Shown here piece after piece: positions 1 to 6,976 of a DNA stretch of 32,000 nt. The translations under genes were made by a program, and so were the position numbers. The notes under the pieces are model-generated. The model saw nothing but the letters and a program-made list of their open reading frames with translations, did no database searches and was not told the origin of the DNA. Source of the stretch: Alphaproteobacteria bacterium (GTDB lineage Bacteria > Pseudomonadota > Alphaproteobacteria > Rs-D84); NCBI GenBank assembly GCA_031549365.1, contig JAVBPX010000007.1, positions 42,303-74,302 of the forward strand, written 5' to 3'. Numbering within the stretch: position 1 is the stretch's first letter; every line of letters begins with the position of its first letter.

Positions 1-342
1 ACTCGGCAGATAAATCCCGCATGTATAGGCCGAGGATCTGGAAATAAATTTTCGCCAATTCACACAATACATATTAGGCATGTTTTGAAAGATGGTGTAA
101 TAATTAGTTATGCCAGGACACATCAGGGCAATTATAGTATGTTGGCTTTCGTAAAAGCGGATGGCACAAAAGGCAATATTGTTGATGGTCAGGAGGTTCC
201 AATAAATGAAAATTCATGTTTAGCAAAAACTGGAACATATCAATATAAGGCAAAGTCAACAGATACTCAACTTACCACCATCGAAAAATGGGAAGTTGTA
301 AATCGTTACCTTGATGAGCCTAAAGCAGAAAAGACTAAATAA
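1..342 (+). CDS. hypothetical protein, 3' portion (frame open to left window edge)
   Basis: Frame 1 has no stop codon from nt 1 to the TAA at 340-342. The track ORF 85..342 starts at an internal TTG. No family recognised. Followed by a hairpin at 353-376. Confidence 0.4.
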   Translation, partial: TRQINPACIGRGSGNKFSPIHTIHIRHVLKDGVIISYARTHQGNYSMLAFVKADGTKGNIVDGQEVPINENSCLAKTGTYQYKAKSTDTQLTTIEKWEVVNRYLDEPKAEKTK

Positions 343-352
343 TCCTAAAACG

Positions 353-376
353 AACCCCGGAATTAACTCCGGGGTT
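353..376. terminator. hairpin between convergent genes
   Basis: AACCCCGGA-attaac-TCCGGGGTT forms a 9-bp perfect stem between the + ORF ending at 342 and terL ending at 385. The flanking T-tract is weak. Confidence 0.5.
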
Positions 377-384
377 GGCAATAT

Positions 385-1842
385 TTAATCGATTGGTTTC
401 AATGCATAGATCATACATTGAGATAAGGCATCAACCTGATCTTTATATTTAGTTCCTGGAAATCCCAGCAACTCTTTTTTAAACTCTGGCCACCATTCAA
501 GTTCATTTTGAGGGAATAACAATTCACCTCGTTCTATGCAAACACTCACCCCATACAGACGAGATACTTTATCTGTATCAGGTTTTATTGCCTTCATATT
601 AAAATGCCATCCACATTGATCCACATCATTATTTAACAATTGTATCAATTGGGTTCCGCTCGCCTTGTCTTCTATTAACATTTCAACGGGGTAACTAGAT
701 CCCACATTGTATTTCCATACGTTATAAGCTTTCTTTACAAGATCCACTAATTCAGGCATTTCCCATTTGCCTCTATAAACCTCGACCAAATAAAATTTAT
801 ACGCATTTCGCTCTCGAATTTGGGCAACCACACAACAAGCAGAATAAGCATTATTTTCTCCAACCTTACAGGCCGTATCCCAACTGAGGAATATTTTATG
901 AATTTTTCGCCCGTCCACCTTTTGCAACTTTTCGATATCAAAATATTTTAACCATTTTTCTTTTACTATGCCACCTTCTGGCGGGCAAGGTTCTTGTTGA
1001 TGTTGGGCTTCGAATAGGTATTCGCCTTGGATGTCTTTTATTTCGTTAACCATATCCATATTCTCACGTACAGGGTGTAACAGTTCTCCTCTCATGCGAA
1101 CAAAAGATTTTTGAATATTAAAAATGCGATCTTCCCATTTCCACGTTTCATCTTCCGTTGCAATAGTTGGCAACTTTATCAATTTAAACCCAATGTTTGA
1201 TTCTAATAAAAATCCGGTCAAATCATCCTGATGCAGGCGTTGCATTATCAGCATAATCTTGCCATTCGTTTTATCATTCAAACGTGTACAAAGAGTTGAC
1301 CCATACCATTCATTTACTTTGTTTCGCTGAGTATCTGACATTGCATCCGATGGTTTCAATGGATCGTCTATTATAATCCAATCCGCACCACGACCGGTAA
1401 GTGTACCACCAATTGATGTGGACATACGTCCACCCCCACGCGTTGTTTCAAAATCATTAACGGAACGTCTGGATTGCTCAATCTTTGTTCTCGGGAACAA
1501 CTCTTGATACCATGGTTGCATCATGACACGCCGACAATCACGGGCAAACTTTTCAGCCAATTCATCATTATAACTGATACAAATAATGTTTGTTTCCGGA
1601 TTGTGACCTAGCAAAAAGGCCGGCAATGCCACAGAACAGATTATCGATTTCGTATACCGCGGTGGGATATTAACAATAAGGCGATTATTCTTGCTCTCTA
1701 TCATATACATAATTTCATGGCAAATTATATCAATATGCCAATTGTCCAGATATGTATCCGATGACACTTCGCCAAAAACCTTGCGTACAAACTGTTTAAA
1801 TTCAGTACGTAAAATTGCATTTAAAATTTGATTTTCATTCAT
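385..1842 (-). CDS. terL: phage terminase large subunit
   Basis: The 498-aa ORF has an N-terminal ATPase-like region and a C-terminal nuclease-like region (..SWDTACKVGENNAYSACCVV..) typical of alphaproteobacterial prophage/GTA-type large terminases. Start set at ATG 1842 (MNENQ..), preceded by GAAGGGGAAG. It overlaps the upstream gene's stop by 8 nt. Confidence 0.8.
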   Translation of the reverse strand: MNENQILNAILRTEFKQFVRKVFGEVSSDTYLDNWHIDIICHEIMYMIESKNNRLIVNIPPRYTKSIICSVALPAFLLGHNPETNIICISYNDELAEKFARDCRRVMMQPWYQELFPRTKIEQSRRSVNDFETTRGGGRMSTSIGGTLTGRGADWIIIDDPLKPSDAMSDTQRNKVNEWYGSTLCTRLNDKTNGKIMLIMQRLHQDDLTGFLLESNIGFKLIKLPTIATEDETWKWEDRIFNIQKSFVRMRGELLHPVRENMDMVNEIKDIQGEYLFEAQHQQEPCPPEGGIVKEKWLKYFDIEKLQKVDGRKIHKIFLSWDTACKVGENNAYSACCVVAQIRERNAYKFYLVEVYRGKWEMPELVDLVKKAYNVWKYNVGSSYPVEMLIEDKASGTQLIQLLNNDVDQCGWHFNMKAIKPDTDKVSRLYGVSVCIERGELLFPQNELEWWPEFKKELLGFPGTKYKDQVDALSQCMIYALKPID

Positions 1843-2221
1843 TGTCTTCCCCTTCATTTTTTTCTTTATTAAAATAAGCACTCAAAATTTCTTTATCATC
1901 CGGTGCCATAATGTGATTCTTCACGGCTTCCCGATCAGCATTTTTCTCATCAATTACCAACATATGCGTAAGCAAAGTCTGAATAGCTTTGATGTCTCCT
2001 TTGATGGCCTTGTTCACCGTTTGTAACAAGATCAGTGCCTTTTTGCTAATTTTCACAGTTTTTCCGTCCCGAACAACTTGCGCTTTTTCGGACAACAGAT
2101 CATCTAATAACCTGTATGTATTCTTACTGCCACGTGTTCGGCCTTTGACATTGCCGGATTGACCGGGTTTAAATTGATTTTCTTTGGGTGGTTTCATGTA
2201 ACCAACTTCATATTTTTTCAT
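1835..2221 (-). CDS. DUF5681-type protein, likely terminase small subunit
   Basis: Carries the N-terminal motif PPKENQFKPGQSGNVKGR, recalled as the DUF5681 signature. It lies directly upstream of terL. Its ATG overlaps the methyltransferase stop (ATGA at 2218-2221), and an AGAGGTGA SD is present. Confidence 0.55.
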   Translation of the reverse strand: MKKYEVGYMKPPKENQFKPGQSGNVKGRTRGSKNTYRLLDDLLSEKAQVVRDGKTVKISKKALILLQTVNKAIKGDIKAIQTLLTHMLVIDEKNADREAVKNHIMAPDDKEILSAYFNKEKNEGEDNE

Positions 2222-3525
2222 TGTGTCACCTCTTGCTTTTCGGCCAGTAATTCGGAATATTTTTTACCGTCACTAACACGCACGGCATCAATCGAAAACA
2301 TATCAAAAAACCGCCTGATGGCGGTGTCAACATACAACGGTTCCAATTCTATCCCATAACATATTCGTCTTGATTGCTGCGTGGCAATCAATGTTGATCC
2401 CGAACCCAGGAAAGAATCCAACACAATATCGCCACGTTTGGTAACGTCCAAAATTGCGTCTTTCAACATCTCGACTGGTTTAACGGTCGGATGTAATTTA
2501 ATGTCGTTTTTATGATGACCGAACGAATTCACGCCAGCATAATTCCAAACATTGGTGCGATATCGTCCATGGCGTCCAAGTTCAACATTATTGATGTGGC
2601 TTTCTTTGCCATTACGGAATATAAAACAAAGCTCATGTTGCGACCTATAAAGCGAACCCATACCACCGGACGATTTACACCAAACACACATGTTGATAGG
2701 ATTACCGAACACATCGCCACCCGCAGCGGTAATTTCGCGAACGTGCCTCCAGTCGGTGAAGTTGTAGTGTAATGACCCCAGGCGAGAGAACTTAGCACAC
2801 AATTCAAAATTCTTGCGCAGAAATTCTGTAAATTCATCGGACTTCATCTCACCCGATGCCATAGCAAATTCTTTGTGCTGAATACTGCCAGACCCACAAA
2901 CATGTCCAGATATTTTTACGTTATACGGCGGATCTTGCAAAATCATATCTGCACGTTTATCGCCCATCAACTTTTCAAGCGTGTCGGATTCCAAGCTGTT
3001 TCCGCAAATAATTCGATGTTCACCAATTTGCCAAATATCACCGACATTCGTCACGATTTCGTCTTCCGAAATAAACGGAATGGCATTGGCTTTCGGGTCG
3101 GCGTGCTTTTCATCCGGATTCATCAATACATCAATTTCGATATCATCAAACCCGGTAATCGAAATATCAAAATCATCGCATATTGTTTCCAATTCTGAAA
3201 TTTCCATCCGCAACAGGTCTTCGTTCCATCCGCCATTCATGCAAATTTTGTTATCGGATAGGCGATACGCTCGCTTCTGTGCGGCCGTCAGATGCGACAG
3301 GCGTATAGCCGGCACAGTATCCATCCCAATTACCTGTGCCGCAGCCAACCGACCATGGCCAGCAATAATCTCGCCATCTTCGTCAATCAATATCGGATTA
3401 TTAAAACCAAACTCTCGAATTGATGCAGCAATCTGCTGCACCTGTTTTTCCGGATGGTTCTTTGCATTTTTAGCATACGATCGAATTTGATCAATTGCGA
3501 CTTGTTCAACTGATAGGTTTTTCAT
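2218..3525 (-). CDS. ParB-like nuclease domain fused to beta-class N6/N4 DNA methyltransferase
   Basis: The N-terminus resembles a ParB/Srx fold (..FGFNNPILIDEDGEIIAGHGRLAAA..). The C-terminus has DPPYN (motif IV) followed by DSFLGSGST (motif I). Start set at ATG 3525, which has a strong AGGAGG SD; the track ORF extends to 3573. Confidence 0.85.
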   Translation of the reverse strand: MKNLSVEQVAIDQIRSYAKNAKNHPEKQVQQIAASIREFGFNNPILIDEDGEIIAGHGRLAAAQVIGMDTVPAIRLSHLTAAQKRAYRLSDNKICMNGGWNEDLLRMEISELETICDDFDISITGFDDIEIDVLMNPDEKHADPKANAIPFISEDEIVTNVGDIWQIGEHRIICGNSLESDTLEKLMGDKRADMILQDPPYNVKISGHVCGSGSIQHKEFAMASGEMKSDEFTEFLRKNFELCAKFSRLGSLHYNFTDWRHVREITAAGGDVFGNPINMCVWCKSSGGMGSLYRSQHELCFIFRNGKESHINNVELGRHGRYRTNVWNYAGVNSFGHHKNDIKLHPTVKPVEMLKDAILDVTKRGDIVLDSFLGSGSTLIATQQSRRICYGIELEPLYVDTAIRRFFDMFSIDAVRVSDGKKYSELLAEKQEVTQ

Positions 3526-3636
3526 TTTATACCTCCTTTTATACTGTTTACAGAGGCCTGCATTTTTAAGCACGCCTCGATAATATACCCTAATTTGAAT
3601 TCACAATGTTAAAATGGCTAAAATTTGACGGTTTCA

Positions 3637-3683
3637 CTTATTGCTAGTTTTAATATCTACTAGCAAAAAGAACTAGCAATAAG
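3637..3683. promoter_or_regulatory. operator-like inverted repeat in the MTase/Fic divergent intergenic region
   Basis: CTTATTGCTAGTT (3637-3649) is the exact reverse complement of AACTAGCAATAAG (3671-3683). A third half-site, ACTAGCAA, lies at 3659-3666. TATAAA at 3709-3714 and AAAGGGG precede the Fic ATG at 3728. Confidence 0.5.
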
Positions 3684-3727
3684 ATTATTTATTAGCTATA
3701 CTAAGAGTATAAATAAAGGGGCAGAAC

Positions 3728-4762
3728 ATGGCAGATTTTTCAGAATATAAAAAACTGGGCGAGCCAGATAAAACCGCAAAAAGCGAAATATGGGAAATGG
3801 CCACTGGTCTGCAAAAAGTCGACGGATTAAAAACATCTGAATATTTGCGAGATTTGGCACGTAAAAACATCGAGGGCAAGCTTTCCATTTACCAAGTCCA
3901 AGAATCTGTGCGTCAGTATTATAAAACTCCAAAAGGAAGGTCAGAGTTTTGGGGTTCAGAGGAAGCAGACCTTGTTTCTGCGCATATAAGCGAAATACTC
4001 TCAGAACAAACATTTGCTTTCAGTCCTGCGGAATACATCTCTATTCATGGGCGTCTATTTGCAGGTATTTTGGACGACAAAATTACTGGAAAAATTCGCG
4101 ATTATAATATAATCAAAGACGAATGGGTATTGGGCGGAGAGTCCGTAAGTTACGCCAGTGCAAACAGTATCGCGACAACATTAGAATACGACTTTGATCG
4201 TGAAAAGTCTTTTGATTATAAAGAATTGAGTGAACGCGAAATGGCCGAGCATATCGCAAAATTTGTATCTGGAATATGGCAAATTCACGCATTTGGCGAA
4301 GGCAACACACGAACAACAGCCGTATTCATTATAAAATATTTGCGCACACTTGGCTTTGACGTAAATAACGACCCATTTGCCAAACATTCTGATTATTTCA
4401 GAAACGCATTAGTACGTGCAAATTATACCAACATTAAACTTGGTGTTCATGCGACCATAGAATATCTAAATAAGTTTTTTTATAACCTGTTACTGGGTGA
4501 GAAAAATATGCTCCATAATAGTAGTCTGGTTATTATACCTGGCAAAACTAAAGAAAAGACTGCGAAACCAAAGAAAACAAAAGCACGAGATACATTGTTA
4601 ATGCTAATCGCTGAAAAGCCGGACATATCAATAGAGGAAATGTCCAAAAAGACAGGTCTTTCCGTCGGTGGCGTGCGGTGGAATATTGATAAATTAAAAT
4701 CCGATGGCGTTATCCATCGTGTAGGTGCCAGAAAATTGGGTCATTGGAAAATATTAAAATAA
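3728..4762 (+). CDS. Fic/DOC family protein with C-terminal winged-helix domain
   Basis: The Fic-motif region HAFGEGNTRTTA deviates from the canonical HxFx(D/E)GNGRxxR. The C-terminal ~60 aa (..ISIEEMSKKTGLSVGGVRWNIDKLKSDGVIHRVG..) look like a wHTH. Confidence 0.8.
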   Translation: MADFSEYKKLGEPDKTAKSEIWEMATGLQKVDGLKTSEYLRDLARKNIEGKLSIYQVQESVRQYYKTPKGRSEFWGSEEADLVSAHISEILSEQTFAFSPAEYISIHGRLFAGILDDKITGKIRDYNIIKDEWVLGGESVSYASANSIATTLEYDFDREKSFDYKELSEREMAEHIAKFVSGIWQIHAFGEGNTRTTAVFIIKYLRTLGFDVNNDPFAKHSDYFRNALVRANYTNIKLGVHATIEYLNKFFYNLLLGEKNMLHNSSLVIIPGKTKEKTAKPKKTKARDTLLMLIAEKPDISIEEMSKKTGLSVGGVRWNIDKLKSDGVIHRVGARKLGHWKILK

Positions 4763-4815
4763 GTATGGTCGAATAACTTATTTAGCTTAAAGATTCATCC
4801 ACCAATCTTATCAAC

Positions 4816-4846
4816 TTGACTTCCCAGGCCGTGTAAGCGTTAGTAT
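4816..4846 (+). promoter_or_regulatory. promoter-like element upstream of the DUF5681-fragment/DUF2924 genes
   Basis: TTGACTTCCCA-N6-GTAAGC-N-TT. The same pattern recurs at 6926-6956. The -10 assignment is uncertain (GTTAGT or TAGTAT). Confidence 0.4.
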
Positions 4847-5108
4847 GGACATGTATAAACAACCGCCAAAACATAGCCAATTTAAGCCTGGACAATCGGG
4901 GAATCCACGTGGCCGACCACGACGTTTGAACAAAGACTTTATGGACTTGACTTCTCGCTTCTTTGAAGCAGTAATGAACGCAAAGGCCGGGAAACCGAAT
5001 GCCATCATCAAAATAAATCAGATACGAAGGATATTGCATGAAACCAAAAATATACCTGCCAAAAACTCTGGACGAACTACAAAAACTAAGCCACGAGAAA
5101 AAATCTGA
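4845..5108 (+). CDS. DUF5681-like fragment (second, shorter copy)
   Basis: PPKHSQFKPGQSGNPRGRP parallels the motif in ORF 1835..2221. At 87 aa, its 3' part is overlapped by the DUF2924 ORF in another frame. It may be a remnant. Confidence 0.35.
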   Translation: MDMYKQPPKHSQFKPGQSGNPRGRPRRLNKDFMDLTSRFFEAVMNAKAGKPNAIIKINQIRRILHETKNIPAKNSGRTTKTKPREKI

Positions 5109-5496
5109 ATTATGGTCGCGATATGTACCACATCCATACAAACGGCAAATCCGTGCATTATGGTATTACGTTCGGTGTGAAAATATGAACCTAAAAATCG
5201 AATCCAAACACATGACAAAGATTAGGAAATATTTGGATAACCCAGAACGATGCACAGACCGCGCATACAAAATAAAATACAGCCTGCACCCGGGAACGGA
5301 AATCACAAAAACATTCCGTGGTTTGGAATTCAAAGTGTTGGTCGCCGATAATGGCGACTTTCTTTATGACGGGAAACGATACAAAACATTATCACCAATC
5401 GCCAAAGAAATCTGTGGGATAAAAGTATCCGGCCCAGACTTCTTTGGCCTGCGAACAAAAAGGATAAGGAATACAAACAAAACGACAGATGTTTAG
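5038..5496 (+). CDS. DUF2924 domain protein (recombinase-associated)
   Basis: The C-terminal pattern ..GTEITKTFRGLEFKVLVADNGDFLYDGKRYKTLSPIAKEICGIKVSGPDFFGLR matches the DUF2924 consensus as I recall it. That family usually sits beside large serine recombinases. Confidence 0.6.
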   Translation: MKPKIYLPKTLDELQKLSHEKKSELWSRYVPHPYKRQIRALWYYVRCENMNLKIESKHMTKIRKYLDNPERCTDRAYKIKYSLHPGTEITKTFRGLEFKVLVADNGDFLYDGKRYKTLSPIAKEICGIKVSGPDFFGLRTKRIRNTNKTTDV

Positions 5497-6689
5497 TTTG
5501 TTCTGAAAAATCCCAACTTTCCAATTCTTATTTGATGTGGGGCTTGAACGACCCATTTTGGGTCACTCATTTTTACATCATCAAATAAAACTGCGCCTTG
5601 ATTAATCAATCGCCGAATATCAGAATTTGATTTGTCTGGCATACATAATTTCACAATATCAAATACAGAATGATTTCCGACCGTTAGGTGAATAGTTGGT
5701 GCGTCTTTTGGAAACTCATTTTTTGAAAACGTATCAATAAAATTCTGTTTCGCGTTTTCCGCTGCTACGTCGCCACGAAACAACCGAACGATTTCAGTCG
5801 CAGCAAAAACTTTTGCATTCCGTGGATTATTTTGAATATCCAACGTTTTAATTTGTTCCAATGGAATCCGTGTGTTCCAACGTAAAATCATATCAATTGC
5901 AACATCTGGCATTGCCATAATTTCACCAAACATTTGATCTGAATTCGAATCCAAAAACACACCTTTGCGAAATGATTTTGACATCATCGGTTCGCCCGTA
6001 TTTGGATTGGTCATTAATTGCAAAATCAGGCAAAACTTTTCCTTACCCAACTTTGTTTTAACCAATTGACGACCCAACAATGCATTAAAAGTTTGATCGG
6101 TCCCACAAACCTCAACATCTGCATTTAACGCCACGGAATCGAACCCTTGTAATAACGGGTACAGAAATTCATGCAGATGAACAGGTTTACAATCATTAAT
6201 CCTTTTTTGAAACATATCTCGTTCCAACATTCGTTGCACCGTTGTTTCAGACGCCAATGTTATAAATTCGGACAATGAAATCTTATCCAACCATTCGCTG
6301 TTGAATACGATTTGTGGTGGGTTGATCGGATCGTCGAAATCCATCAAATTTTTAACTTGTTCGCGCCAACGCATTGCGTTTTCGGTTGTCTCTGCTCGTG
6401 TTAAACACTTGCGCGCACAACTGCGATCACTGGGGTCGCCGATGCATGCTGTAAAATCTCCAAAAACCAAAAACACTTTGTGCCCCAATTTGCGAAACTC
6501 TTCCATCAACATAAAGTTTTGCGCATGCCCAAGGTGCAAAGCACTAAATGTTGGATCAAACCCGATAAACATATTTAATTTATGCGTCAACGCATGTTCA
6601 ATAAATTCGTCTTTTGATGGCAAAGCATCAACAATAAGTCCTCGACTGAAAATTTCTTCCAGTTTTTGGCGTTCATTAATTTTATTCAT
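5493..6689 (-). CDS. tyrS: tyrosine--tRNA ligase
   Basis: Class I signatures HLGH (HIGH) and MSKS (KMSKS), ~400 aa, and a C-terminal S4-like domain (..DIRRLINQGAVLFDDVKM..). AAGGGA SD before the ATG at 6689. Confidence 0.9.
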   Translation of the reverse strand: MNKINERQKLEEIFSRGLIVDALPSKDEFIEHALTHKLNMFIGFDPTFSALHLGHAQNFMLMEEFRKLGHKVFLVFGDFTACIGDPSDRSCARKCLTRAETTENAMRWREQVKNLMDFDDPINPPQIVFNSEWLDKISLSEFITLASETTVQRMLERDMFQKRINDCKPVHLHEFLYPLLQGFDSVALNADVEVCGTDQTFNALLGRQLVKTKLGKEKFCLILQLMTNPNTGEPMMSKSFRKGVFLDSNSDQMFGEIMAMPDVAIDMILRWNTRIPLEQIKTLDIQNNPRNAKVFAATEIVRLFRGDVAAENAKQNFIDTFSKNEFPKDAPTIHLTVGNHSVFDIVKLCMPDKSNSDIRRLINQGAVLFDDVKMSDPKWVVQAPHQIRIGKLGFFRTN

Positions 6690-6777
6690 AATATTATCCC
6701 TTGTTTTGTTGTTTTATCATATCGAAAGTTTGGTATTTATTCCCTTAAGCGCGAAACTTCCGTATGACAGACAACGC

Positions 6778-6864
6778 CTAAGGGCAGATATAGTAATAGT
6801 TACCTACATACATCGGCGAAGATGCAACAAAACAAGGTTTAAAAAAGGTTTCATGTGATGACAT
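6778..6864 (-). CDS. candidate leader peptide in the tyrS 5' leader (MSSHETFFKPCFVASSPMYVGNYYYICP)
   Basis: 28-codon ORF with an AAGGA SD 6 nt upstream of the ATG. It contains 4 Tyr codons, including TAT-TAC-TAT in a row. It lies between the predicted tyrS promoter and tyrS. It is too short for the ORF track. Confidence 0.3.
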   Translation of the reverse strand: MSSHETFFKPCFVASSPMYVGNYYYICP

Positions 6865-6887
6865 GATAATTCCTTGGTTTCCGCATC

Positions 6888-6916
6888 AATATATTCCAGA
6901 TTTCCCCAAAAGTCAA
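6888..6916 (-). promoter_or_regulatory. sigma70-like promoter for tyrS
   Basis: On the minus strand, TTGACT (6916-6911), a 17-nt spacer, then TATATT (6893-6888). This predicts a ~190-nt leader. Confidence 0.55.
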
Positions 6917-6925
6917 GTATTCCAT

Positions 6926-6956
6926 TTGACTTCCCACACAACGTAAGCATTCATTG
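6926..6956 (+). promoter_or_regulatory. promoter-like element upstream of the serine recombinase
   Basis: TTGACTTCCCA-N6-GTAAGC-N-TT, a paralog of 4816-4846. Its -35 lies back to back with the tyrS -35 (AGTCAA-N9-TTGACT, 6911-6931). Confidence 0.45.
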
Positions 6957-6976
6957 TGGTAACCAAGGGGGTAAAT

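Noticed and set aside
2981-3490. Long antisense or shadow ORFs inside real genes, for example 2981..3490 +, 6301..6858 +, 16785..17255 +, 23797..24392 -, 26391..26792 -, 21402..21749 +, 8102..8508 -
   Set aside because: Each lies entirely within a longer ORF on the opposite strand that carries clear family motifs. Their translations are low-complexity, Cys/Ser/Ile-rich and lack SD sequences.
4782-5218. Minus-strand ORFs 4782..5141, 4811..5011 and 5018..5218
   Set aside because: They are antisense to the DUF5681-fragment and DUF2924 frames, which carry recognisable family motifs. Their translations are compositionally odd.
6690-6880. T-box riboswitch in the tyrS leader
   Set aside because: No T-box consensus (..GGUGGUACCGCG..-like) and no terminator/antiterminator pair with a U-tract is visible. 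T-boxes are also not expected in this lineage.
4816-6936. The shared 11-mer TTGACTTCCCA as a recombinase crossover or att core
   Set aside because: The rpmB promoter (26979) also begins TTGACTTCC, so much of the identity may just be this organism's extended -35 consensus. Only the additional GTAAGC-N-TT match is specific to the two element copies.
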